Part shown: positions 9,026 to 17,517 of the stretch, piece by piece | How positions within the stretch are numbered: the first letter of the stretch is position 1 | Layout: every line of letters begins with the position of its first letter | Source: an uncultured bacterium | GTDB lineage: Bacteria; UBP14; UBA6098; B30-G16 | Direction of reading: 5' to 3' | NCBI GenBank assembly: GCA_965552135.1 | Contig: CBEVQY010000021.1 | Coordinates: 1-50,567, forward strand | DNA: 50,567 bases | Notes under the pieces: generated by a model | Database searches by the model: none | What the model was told of the DNA's origin: nothing | The model's input: the letters and a program-made list of their open reading frames with translations, nothing else | Made by a program: the position numbers and the translations under genes

Positions 9026-9658
9026 TTAGAACATCTTCATCCCCAAGGCGTCTTTGAGGATAAAGAGGACGCGCCCGATGAAGAGGGACAGACGCGCCAT
9101 AACCGTGTACCCGAACGTTGCGCCAAAGCCCACCATAAGGAACCATATCCCAACGTTGGCCACAGCTCCGAAGACGCCCTTGTGCTCTTTGGAGAAGAAG
9201 AAGTATATGAGCCCCGAGAGGACGCCGACGACGATAACGAGGTTGTAGGCAATGCCCGTCCACGTGAGGTTTATGGGGAGCATTGTTGCGTAGAGCTGCT
9301 GTAGGATGCTTGCCTGGAGGGCTCGCGGCAGCGCAAACCCGCTCCCTGCGCCTATCGTGAAGGCAAGGGCATACCTCGACATCCACGCGTAGCGGGGGAT
9401 GATTCGGGTGACCATCATAAGCCCCATAACGGCGGGCACGAGCAGTATGAGCCCTGCAGCGCCGCGGGTCGTAAGGGGTATCCAAAAGCGAGAGACGACG
9501 TTTAGGTTCCACCACTGAACTATGCCAAATCCCATGCCAACGCCAACTGTCACCGCCTCGGCGAACTTATAAAGTGGGTTGTCCTTCCAAAGGAACGTGT
9601 AGACCGAAAGTGTAAAGAAGACAGCTATCCAAGTCCATATGTCCGTGCTCAGATGCAT
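9026..9658 (-). CDS. Uncharacterised polytopic membrane protein (~6 TM), 210 aa
   Basis: Almost wholly hydrophobic, with motifs YTFLWKDNPLYKFAE and FLMVGFGATFGYTVMARLSLFIGR. SD GGAGG. Confidence 0.85.
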   Translation of the reverse strand: MHLSTDIWTWIAVFFTLSVYTFLWKDNPLYKFAEAVTVGVGMGFGIVQWWNLNVVSRFWIPLTTRGAAGLILLVPAVMGLMMVTRIIPRYAWMSRYALAFTIGAGSGFALPRALQASILQQLYATMLPINLTWTGIAYNLVIVVGVLSGLIYFFFSKEHKGVFGAVANVGIWFLMVGFGATFGYTVMARLSLFIGRVLFILKDALGMKMF

Positions 9659-9675
9659 ATCTAAACCTCCCTGGG

Positions 9676-10512
9676 TTATTCACCGCCACGTGCTTTGACC
9701 TTCTTTGAGGCGTAGTAGCCGATATTGCCGAGAATTATGAAGACGATAATTGCGATGTGCGCCCAAGACTGGGCTTCCATTCCTATCGTTCCCAGCGATG
9801 GTCTGTGGACGAGCTGTTCGTATTCTGCGGCTCCGCGCAGACCGCCGAGAATCCCGACAAGTTGGCCAGCCTGAAGCTGGGGATATGCATCGGCTGCCAT
9901 AACGGCTGTTATGCCCGCCGCAACCTTCTGCTGATACTGAACGTACGCATACATAATCCAGGAGGCGTAAACGCCGCTGCCCGTGAGAGTTATGCAGAGG
10001 TCTATGTCGTCGTAGTTCTTTATCATACGCCCAAGTGGCAGGTCCTCAAGCCTTGTGCCGTAGTAGTCCGTCTCCCAGGTCTTCTTAAAGTCCTCGCCCA
10101 TGCCCAGAAGGAGCAGGTATCCGCCAACCTTCCAGCCCAAAAACAGGTAGTCGACGCCGTAGACCTTGTGGTATTCCTCCGCAAGCCTTTTGAGCCTTGG
10201 CTCGACGAGGGCTATGCCGTTGAGGCTGTAGACGTTGGCCACCACGAGCTTGACGTTCTTCTGGAAGCAGTGGTGGACGAGCGCGTCGAACATCGGCGAA
10301 AGCTCTGCGTCTACCTGTGGGTCGTAGTCGCCCGAGATGAGCACAACGTCGTTCGGCGTAAGCCTGTCGATGAAGTCGTAGATCGCTTTGACCTCGGGCG
10401 AAACCGATATGGGAAGCCCAAGCCTGAAGAAAAAGGGCAGAACCACAGCGAGGGTTATTATGATGTATATGATCCTTCGGTCGACCTTTTCGAGCTTGCT
10501 CAAAAACCTCAT
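9676..10512 (-). CDS. Uncharacterised 2-TM protein with central alpha/beta domain (~278 aa from MRFLSK)
   Basis: N-terminal TM after DRR, soluble domain (DYDP...EL.PM, G.DY..LGWK.G, GQLVGILGGLRGAAEYE), then a C-terminal TM. A purine-rich SD (GAGGAAGGGGG) favours the start at 10512. Confidence 0.85.
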   Translation of the reverse strand: MRFLSKLEKVDRRIIYIIITLAVVLPFFFRLGLPISVSPEVKAIYDFIDRLTPNDVVLISGDYDPQVDAELSPMFDALVHHCFQKNVKLVVANVYSLNGIALVEPRLKRLAEEYHKVYGVDYLFLGWKVGGYLLLLGMGEDFKKTWETDYYGTRLEDLPLGRMIKNYDDIDLCITLTGSGVYASWIMYAYVQYQQKVAAGITAVMAADAYPQLQAGQLVGILGGLRGAAEYEQLVHRPSLGTIGMEAQSWAHIAIIVFIILGNIGYYASKKVKARGGE

Positions 10513-10531
10513 AGCTTTCCCCCTTCCTCGT

Positions 10532-11179
10532 TTATTCTGTGCCAAGGTAGGTTCTTTCTATTCCGAGGATGATCTTAAGCGACATAAGCAGCATTCCGAG
10601 TCCGACGCCCAGGATGATGGCGCGCTTAGCCGCCAGGTTTGGGACGTTTAGTATCCACTGCGATATCTGGTTTATGTTCGGCAGCCCCCACTTGCTCCAG
10701 AAGCTTATCTGGTCGCCGATGGGCACGCGTCCGAGCATGACGATGACGGCAGCCAGAAGCAGTGCCCCAGCCTGCACGGAGCGCGCTCTGAAGGCTCGGT
10801 ACGCCGCCGACGATATGTAGAACGCCAAAAGCGAAAAGACGGTTGCGTTTATCGCCGCGCTGGTGTTGAGGAAGGTCTTCATAAAGAAGCTTCCCGTCCC
10901 GCGACCGCCCAAAAGCGCAGCAACTATCATAAAGAGAAAAGCCAAAATCGTCACCGCCGAAAACTGCCAGTCGGGAGCCCTCTTTATAACCTTGTGGATG
11001 TGCACGCGCAAAAAACTTATGTATCCCAAAACCGCGCCGAAGATGCCGATCACTATCGCCCAGTCGACGTAGTAGTCCCTGAGCTTGTAGGAGTAATAGT
11101 GCGGAACGAAATACTGCAGAGCCATCACAAAGCCCATGACGAAGACTATTATGAGCGGCACCTGCTTCTTCCAGAACAT
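10532..11179 (-). CDS. Uncharacterised polytopic membrane protein (~5-6 TM), 215 aa
   Basis: Hydrophobic, with motifs ATVFSLLAFYISSAAYRAFRAR, VMLGRVP and WILNVPNLAAKRAIILGVGLG..SLKIILGIER. SD AGGAGG. Confidence 0.85.
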   Translation of the reverse strand: MFWKKQVPLIIVFVMGFVMALQYFVPHYYSYKLRDYYVDWAIVIGIFGAVLGYISFLRVHIHKVIKRAPDWQFSAVTILAFLFMIVAALLGGRGTGSFFMKTFLNTSAAINATVFSLLAFYISSAAYRAFRARSVQAGALLLAAVIVMLGRVPIGDQISFWSKWGLPNINQISQWILNVPNLAAKRAIILGVGLGMLLMSLKIILGIERTYLGTE

Positions 11180-11197
11180 ATATCAGACCTCCTTTTT

Positions 11198-13909
11198 CTA
11201 TTCGCCCACAAGCGCCTTGAAGATATTTGTGAACCACCACATTCCCGCAGAGGCTGCGACGACGCCTACAACGAGAATTATCATCTCTATCGCCTTCAGG
11301 AAGTCCTGCGCTTTGAGGGAGCCTTTTTGCATGGGGTCGGCGGAGAGGTAGGCTGAGGCGGCGTAGAGCTCTTCGCCGATGAGTGTGTAGTCGCATGCGG
11401 TTATGAAGAACGGCAGCTGTGTCATGTCGTCCGTTCCCGCGACCTGGATTGCCCCTGTGGACGCGCCAGTTTCGGCGAGGATCAGCGACTCGGCGTAGAA
11501 CCTCCCCATGAAGAAGTTGGCGGCGCTTTTCTCCCTTATCATAAGTCCCGAAACCGCCGCAGCGTAGGCAAACTGCTGCGCAGCGATGTAGTAGATGTTC
11601 TCCTCGTTGTACAGGTCGGGTCTTCCGGCGTCCATAAACGCGTTGCGCACGGTCTCCTGGGCAACGATCATGACTATCGGGTCGTAGCAGGGAACGTATA
11701 TCTTCGTCTGGTACTCCGCAGCCTTCCTCGCTACTCGACCGAGGATCGTGAGGGCGGATATCGTCGCGATGTCGTCTATCCAGCCAAGCCCTGGCACGTA
11801 GACTATCGGTTTGCCCATCTCGGTTGCGCGACCGAGCGCCTCCTCGATGTGGACGAGACCGGCTATCGGTCTTATGTAGAACTGCCTGCCGCGCTTGGCG
11901 TGATAGATGAAGTAAAGCGCAACGCCCACAAAGATCACAAGTCCGAGGAATATGACGAGCTTTTCGCTGTGGAAGGCGTTTCCCACGGGGGTTATCGGTC
12001 CCAGGGGATCGGACTGCGCGACAGCGCCGTCGGGACCAACCACCTGGACGATGTAGTAGAATATGCCGTGTGCATCCCTGAAGTCCTTGAACGTGTCCAC
12101 GAACTCCCTCGAGTCGGCACCGACGGCGCCGACGAGCTTGAAGGTCGTAAGATCTTTCGGGTCGGTGCCGCGGTAGATGTAGTATACGTACGGCGGCGTC
12201 TCGATGGGGACTTTGTGCGTTCCCGTGGCGTCAACGTCCATACTGACGTTAGCCTCGGGGTTTTTGAGAGCACCGCCGCTTTTGGTTATTATCCGCCCCT
12301 CGAGGGTGTACTTCCCCTCCTCGACGTTTTTGAACTGCACCTCGCCGGTGTTGTCCTTGTCGACCTTCTTCTGCCCGTCGAGCTTGAACTCGCCGTAAAG
12401 GGCTTTGTCGGCGGAGTTCGTCCACATCTGGTAGCGGACCTTAAGGAGCTTCTTGCCGCCGGGGACGATGTAGGAGAGCCTGAGCACCTTCCGCGCGCCT
12501 TGGGGCAGGTTCGTCGTGTCCGGAGCTACAACGAGGGTCCCGCCCTCGGCGGTCGGCACCCAGAACACGTTTCTGTCGGAAAGGTCCTCAACCTTCTTTA
12601 CAGGAGACATATCCTCCACCGAGTACCCAACCGCCAGCGTCGGTGGTCCCCACAGGACGTCTATTTTTTTGCCCTGGTCGTTTTTGTGGTCCGCCACCCG
12701 CAGGTCGGGAGGGAGAGGCACCGACCCGAGCTTGGTCGGCACGGGCACGATGAGGTCCGTGGTGTCGGTTTTGCCGCCGGCATCCTCAACGACGATGTAA
12801 AAGGCGCTCTCGGGTCCAACACCCTCAAGCCGAACCGCCCTCCACGAAGCATCGACCTTTATAACCTCCGTCCCCTGCGAGCGCCCGGTATCGGACAGGG
12901 TGGTTTTGTATATCGTGTAGGACTTGTTGTCGAAAAGCGACGCCATTCCAGCAAGCCCTCCGCCGTAGCCTATGTGCAACACGGCGATGGAGCTTGTTGA
13001 GTCGTAGAGTGCTGTGATCTTGTTGGGCGCCACTGGGGGCTCGTCCTGGGGCGTTATGCCCGATGTGTCGCTGTCGGCAAACACCTTCTTGATGGGGATG
13101 TCGACCTGATAGAGGCGAACCTTGTAGACGTAGTGCTTCCCGGGCTTTATGTTGTTTCTGTCGAGATACTGGAATTCGTCGTGTTTTACCGTGTAGCGAG
13201 CTTTGTCCGTCACGAACGAGATGATCCTTTTGCCATACTTGAGGATAAGCCCCATATCGTCCTCGCCCGCGGCAACAATTCTCTTTCCCTTGCGCACGAA
13301 CTCGAGCTCCTCCGGAGGGGGCGTGAGCTCAACGGTCACGTCCCCAAGGGATGAAACGCTTATCCCGAGCACGTCAAAAAGCCTTTTGGGGACGGTTTGT
13401 GGCTGTGGGCGCTGGGCTATGGACATATCGGGAACGACGCGGTAGAACTCTCCCAGGGCAAACTTGTTGGGCAGCTTTCCAAGCTCTTCGGGCGGTGGGA
13501 CGCCGAGCTCAACGCGAAGGATCTTTTCCGCGCCAAGCGCAGCAAGCGAGTCAACGTTCCCAGGCGTTGCCTTCACAACCTCGACGCACGGCAGGTCCTG
13601 TCCGCAGTCGCGCAGAAGGAGGTAGTAGTTCCAGCTCGATACGTCGTTTTCGGGCTTGTCCTGCTTTTCGTACGTGATCGTCTTCACCTGCAGCGGCGTT
13701 ATGACCTCGAAGTTCACGCCGTCTTCGCTGCGCAAAAGGTCGTATCGGATGCCCGGAACGGTTTCGAAGTGTCGCCAGGTGACGTAGACGTTCGTGCCGC
13801 CGTCGCCGGGGATGTCCGTAAGCTTTGGGGGAAGGGGCTTTGGGGGATATTCGTTTGATGCGAAGGTTAAAGCTGCGAGTGCAACGCAGATGAGCGCAAG
13901 CCGTTTCAT
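11198..13909 (-). CDS. Signal peptide + FN3-like repeats + TM + DUF6754-like domain, 903 aa
   Basis: Signal MKRLALICVALAALTFA. Repeated FN3-like starts (TDIPGDGGTNVYVTW, ADHKNDQGKKIDVLW). TM LVIFLGLVIFVGVALYFI, then IRPIAGL..IEEALGRATEMGKP, AESLILAETG and LPFFITACDYTLIGEELYAASAYL (recalled as DUF6754). Confidence 0.82.
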   Translation of the reverse strand: MKRLALICVALAALTFASNEYPPKPLPPKLTDIPGDGGTNVYVTWRHFETVPGIRYDLLRSEDGVNFEVITPLQVKTITYEKQDKPENDVSSWNYYLLLRDCGQDLPCVEVVKATPGNVDSLAALGAEKILRVELGVPPPEELGKLPNKFALGEFYRVVPDMSIAQRPQPQTVPKRLFDVLGISVSSLGDVTVELTPPPEELEFVRKGKRIVAAGEDDMGLILKYGKRIISFVTDKARYTVKHDEFQYLDRNNIKPGKHYVYKVRLYQVDIPIKKVFADSDTSGITPQDEPPVAPNKITALYDSTSSIAVLHIGYGGGLAGMASLFDNKSYTIYKTTLSDTGRSQGTEVIKVDASWRAVRLEGVGPESAFYIVVEDAGGKTDTTDLIVPVPTKLGSVPLPPDLRVADHKNDQGKKIDVLWGPPTLAVGYSVEDMSPVKKVEDLSDRNVFWVPTAEGGTLVVAPDTTNLPQGARKVLRLSYIVPGGKKLLKVRYQMWTNSADKALYGEFKLDGQKKVDKDNTGEVQFKNVEEGKYTLEGRIITKSGGALKNPEANVSMDVDATGTHKVPIETPPYVYYIYRGTDPKDLTTFKLVGAVGADSREFVDTFKDFRDAHGIFYYIVQVVGPDGAVAQSDPLGPITPVGNAFHSEKLVIFLGLVIFVGVALYFIYHAKRGRQFYIRPIAGLVHIEEALGRATEMGKPIVYVPGLGWIDDIATISALTILGRVARKAAEYQTKIYVPCYDPIVMIVAQETVRNAFMDAGRPDLYNEENIYYIAAQQFAYAAAVSGLMIREKSAANFFMGRFYAESLILAETGASTGAIQVAGTDDMTQLPFFITACDYTLIGEELYAASAYLSADPMQKGSLKAQDFLKAIEMIILVVGVVAASAGMWWFTNIFKALVGE

Positions 13910-13928
13910 CGTCCCTCCTTGAGGTTGG

Positions 13929-15059
13929 CTATTCTTCTATCATCTCGAGGTTTGCGCGTGGGACGGTAGCCCTCGTTCCGTCCTCGAACTCGACCTCGCA
14001 CACCCTTGCCCGGGTCTCGCTCTCAAGCTGCTGAAGCTCGGCGGGAAGCTCAACAACCTTGCCTATCTTGCCGAAGTAGGGGACCCTTATCACGCGCACG
14101 AGCGAGCCGAGCTCCAGTCCCTTCATCTCTATTTTGGCTGCTTTGCGCTTGATCTCCTCCGGCGGCTCGGGCTGCTTTATCACGACTTCGGGTCTTATAA
14201 CGCCCGCGCGGATCTGCGTGGCGCCGTTTATCGATGCACCGTGACCGTCGTACTTCCTAAGAAGCGCAAAGGTCTTCCTCGCCATCGGGATGTGACCGAA
14301 GCCCTCGGTTATGATGAGGGTTATTGGGATGTCCTCCGAGCCTGTTATGGCGACGCCGATATCGTATCCGAGGTAGTCGGCGAGGTCTTTTGCGTCGATT
14401 CCGCCCACAATTATGCCCTTAACGCCGTTTTCCTCGGCTTTCCTTATCGCCGCTGCGGTCACTCTGCCGCCGCCGACGAGGATGTGGTCGCGGCAGCTTT
14501 GGTCGATGGCGCTTTCGTCCAGAAGATCATTCGGCGTTTCGGCAAGAACTTTAAGCTTCCCAAAGCGCTCGCCACCAACGCCGAAGATGCCCTGGATAAA
14601 GGTTGCCCACGTCTCGACCAGAACGCCCTCTTCGGGGTAAACCTCCTTCACAACGCCGGGGATGTACGCCTTGACCTCGACGGGAATCGGCTCTGCCCGC
14701 AGGATGACCTGACCCGTGACCTTCGATACGCTCTCGACGCTGCCTTTGAACGGAGCCTTTATGTGCGTTTTGAAAAGCCCAAAAAGCCCTTTGCTTTCGG
14801 CGATGACCTCATCCTTCTCGAAGGTTTCGCCGGGCTTTTTCTTCATGTATGCTTCCACGTCCTCGGGGTCGACCGAAAGGATTCCAGCGACGTTTATCGC
14901 CTCGACCCGCCCGGGCAAAAGCGCCCTGGCTACGACCGTCTCGGGGGTAACCTCATCGCCCTCCTTGACCAAAACCTCGCCCTTTATGGGCAAAATGCGC
15001 TTTTTGCGGACAAGCTCGTATTCGGTGACCTTAAGCCCCGGGATGTACACATGCCCCAT
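13929..15059 (-). CDS. Conserved hypothetical soluble protein (376 aa) with barrel-sandwich-hybrid-like N-terminus and SH3/KOW-like C-terminus
   Basis: Start MGHVYIPGLKV at 15059 with SD AAGGAG. Motifs VLVKEGDEV, KAPFKGSVESVS..TGQV, IQGIFGVGGE, GVKGIIVGG, LGYDIGVAITGSE, TEGFG, NGATQIRAGVIRPE and VRVIRVPYFGKIG..VPRANLE. Confidence 0.85.
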   Translation of the reverse strand: MGHVYIPGLKVTEYELVRKKRILPIKGEVLVKEGDEVTPETVVARALLPGRVEAINVAGILSVDPEDVEAYMKKKPGETFEKDEVIAESKGLFGLFKTHIKAPFKGSVESVSKVTGQVILRAEPIPVEVKAYIPGVVKEVYPEEGVLVETWATFIQGIFGVGGERFGKLKVLAETPNDLLDESAIDQSCRDHILVGGGRVTAAAIRKAEENGVKGIIVGGIDAKDLADYLGYDIGVAITGSEDIPITLIITEGFGHIPMARKTFALLRKYDGHGASINGATQIRAGVIRPEVVIKQPEPPEEIKRKAAKIEMKGLELGSLVRVIRVPYFGKIGKVVELPAELQQLESETRARVCEVEFEDGTRATVPRANLEMIEE

Positions 15060-15202
15060 CGCGTCGCTCCTTCTTCGACCTGCCCTGTGGGAAACAAAAG
15101 CTTCACCAAAATAAAGAAGGTGCTCCATCCGAGGCAAGCGATTTTTGACATCCCGGCGCCGGGGACTTGATGCCGGCGGCGTTTGGCATATTTTTGTATT
15201 GT

Positions 15203-16351
15203 ATGATAAGCTTTGAGGTTGAGTGTGTTGACGCCAAAACGGGTGCCCGCGCGGGCGTTCTGCACACGCCCCACGGCGACGTCCCGACGCCCGTGTTTAT
15301 GCCCGTGGGAACGCAGGGAACGGTGAAGACCCTCCCGTGGCGCGACCTCATCAGCTTCGATACGAGGATCGTCCTCGCAAACACCTACCACCTCTATCTT
15401 CGCCCGGGCCATGAGCTTATAGCGAGGATGGGCGGGCTGCACAAGTTCATCTGCTGGGATCGCGCCATCCTCATCGACAGCGGCGGGTATCAGGTCTTCT
15501 CCCTGCCCGATCTGCGCAAGGTCACCGACGATGGCGTGCTCTTCCGATCCCACATCGACGGGAGCTATCATTTCTTCACTCCCGAGAAGGCTGTTGAGGT
15601 TCAGTTTGCGCTGCGCCCCGATGTGATGATGTCCTTCGACGAGTGCGTTGAGTATCCTGCTTCGCGGGCTGTTGCGGCTTCTGCGGTGGTGCGCACGACC
15701 GCGTGGGCGAAGCGCGGGCTTGAGGCGTGGCGAAGGCTCGCCGAGAAAGACGAGGATCCAAAAACCGTCCCGGCGCTTTTTGGGATAATACAGGGGAGCG
15801 TTTACGAGGACCTAAGGCGCCGCTCGGCGGAGGAGATCCTCGCGCTGGACTTCCCGGGGTATGCAATTGGCGGGCTTTCGGTGGGAGAGCCCAAGTGTGA
15901 GATGTTCGAGGTGCTTGAGGTGCTCATGCCCCTTATGCCGAAGGACAAGCCGCGCTACCTTATGGGCGTTGGCAAGCCCGAGGATATAGTCAGGGCTGTC
16001 GCCATGGGCGTCGATATGTTCGACTGCGTTATCGCCACGCGCAACGCCCGAAACGCATCGGTCTACACCTGGAGGGGAAAGATGTCCCTCAAAGCCGCAT
16101 ACTACGCCGAAGACCCAAGACCGATCGACCCCAACTGCAACTGCTACGTCTGTAGGAACTACTCCCGGGCGTACATAAGGCATCTTTTTGCGGCGGGGGA
16201 GCTTTTGGCGCCCTACCTGGCAACGCACCATTCGGTTTACTTCTTTATGGAGCTTATGCGCGAGATAAGGAGGGCGATAGTCGAGGGCAGGTACGCCCAG
16301 TTTATGAAGCGCTTCGAGGAGACCTTCGTTCCCGAAGCCACGCCGCTTTGA
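15203..16351 (+). CDS. tgt: tRNA-guanine transglycosylase (bacterial preQ1-type)
   Basis: ARAG...TPVFMPVGT, LANTYHL, DSGGYQVFSL, FDEC, GIIQG, GGLSVGE, PRYLMGVG, DMFDCV..TRNARN and Zn site CNCYVC..H. The Cys in FDEC and Val in LSVGE fit the preQ1-inserting type. Confidence 0.96.
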   Translation: MISFEVECVDAKTGARAGVLHTPHGDVPTPVFMPVGTQGTVKTLPWRDLISFDTRIVLANTYHLYLRPGHELIARMGGLHKFICWDRAILIDSGGYQVFSLPDLRKVTDDGVLFRSHIDGSYHFFTPEKAVEVQFALRPDVMMSFDECVEYPASRAVAASAVVRTTAWAKRGLEAWRRLAEKDEDPKTVPALFGIIQGSVYEDLRRRSAEEILALDFPGYAIGGLSVGEPKCEMFEVLEVLMPLMPKDKPRYLMGVGKPEDIVRAVAMGVDMFDCVIATRNARNASVYTWRGKMSLKAAYYAEDPRPIDPNCNCYVCRNYSRAYIRHLFAAGELLAPYLATHHSVYFFMELMREIRRAIVEGRYAQFMKRFEETFVPEATPL

Positions 16352-16356
16352 GCTGT

Positions 16357-17517
16357 TCAGGGCAGCCGCGTGACCCTCAGGCGATAAATCCTTCTTTTGT
16401 CCGACGCGAGCACCGTGAACCGGAGCTTGTCGACGTCTATCGTCGTCTTCGGCGGCGGGATGGAGTGGGTTATCTCTTCGATCATTCCGCCGACAGTTCG
16501 ATATGGTCCCTTCGGCAGAGTTACGCCCGCCATGATCTCGAGTTCGTCGATGGGGGTTTCGGCGGCTATGACTATGCTTGTGTCGGGGAATCGCAGCGCC
16601 TTTCGTCGCGTGGCTGCGGGGGTTCTTAGTATCCTTGCCACAAGCGGCTCGCCGCCCACAGCGCCTGTGACCTCGCCGTGCTCGTTCACGACAACGGCGG
16701 GCGCAAATCCGCCTCCTGCGCCCTCGAGGAGAAACTCAACGACGTCCTTCGACTCGGGCACAAAAAGCGTCGAGATGTTTTCCCTCGCAAGCGGCGCCGA
16801 GGGCTTTATAGCCCCGGCGATCCTTTTGTCGATCACACCCACGATTTCCCCGGCGTCGACGACAAGCACATATGGCGCGCCTTTCGCAAGCATTTCGTGC
16901 GCCTCGGCAGCCTGCGAACCAAGCTCAAGCCGACCAAGCTTACCCTGCGGAATCATAAGGTCGAGCACCCTCCTTCCCGCAAGGCGCAAGATTATGTACA
17001 GCGCCCAAAGCCTGCCCTCGTCAAGACCGCGGATCGGCTTACTTAAAACCTCCATAAGCTCTATCGGCTGAGGCGCTTCTTCTGCGCCGATACGCTCCAG
17101 AAGCGATGTGATGGCTCGCGAGAAGGCGGTCGTTGCCGCTATGACGGGCGACATAACCCACTTGAGCACAAAAAGCACGTACGCCGCCGCCCTCGTCCAG
17201 GCATCAGCCCATCGCAGCGCAGCCGACTTCGGCAAAGCCTCGCACAGGACGAGGCTTACGAGGCTAAGCCCGAAGGTGACGTAAACGCCGCCCAGTCCGC
17301 CCCAGGTCTTTGTGGCAAGCTCGGTCGCCACCGCAGTCGCAACCACGATCGAGATGTTCGTTCCCACTAGGGTCGTCGCAAGCATAGCCTCGGGGTGGTT
17401 GCGCCACCACTCCGCAAGCCCGGTGGTCTTCCTGTAGAGGCGAGAGACGAAAGCCGTCTCCGTGCCGGCGAAGAAAGCCGCACCCAAAAGACCCGCTATG
17501 ATCAGGAGGATTTCCAT
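16357..17517 (-). CDS. CNNM/DUF21 membrane protein with degenerate CBS pair and C-terminal CorC/HlyC-like domain
   Basis: AFFAGTETAF, TTLVGTNI, LCEALPKS, VVVNEHGEVTGAV, C-terminal LPKGPYRTVGG..IP...RFTVLASDKRRIYRLRV. Confidence 0.85.
   Translation of the reverse strand: MEILLIIAGLLGAAFFAGTETAFVSRLYRKTTGLAEWWRNHPEAMLATTLVGTNISIVVATAVATELATKTWGGLGGVYVTFGLSLVSLVLCEALPKSAALRWADAWTRAAAYVLFVLKWVMSPVIAATTAFSRAITSLLERIGAEEAPQPIELMEVLSKPIRGLDEGRLWALYIILRLAGRRVLDLMIPQGKLGRLELGSQAAEAHEMLAKGAPYVLVVDAGEIVGVIDKRIAGAIKPSAPLARENISTLFVPESKDVVEFLLEGAGGGFAPAVVVNEHGEVTGAVGGEPLVARILRTPAATRRKALRFPDTSIVIAAETPIDELEIMAGVTLPKGPYRTVGGMIEEITHSIPPPKTTIDVDKLRFTVLASDKRRIYRLRVTRLP

Noticed and set aside
9026..15059. Assigning the membrane cluster to Rnf/Nqr, ABC, ECF or TRAP systems
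   Set aside because: It lacks Fe-S Cys clusters, flavinylation (S/T)GAT context, Walker A/LSGGQ and DctM signatures. Only a generic hybrid-domain resemblance remains.
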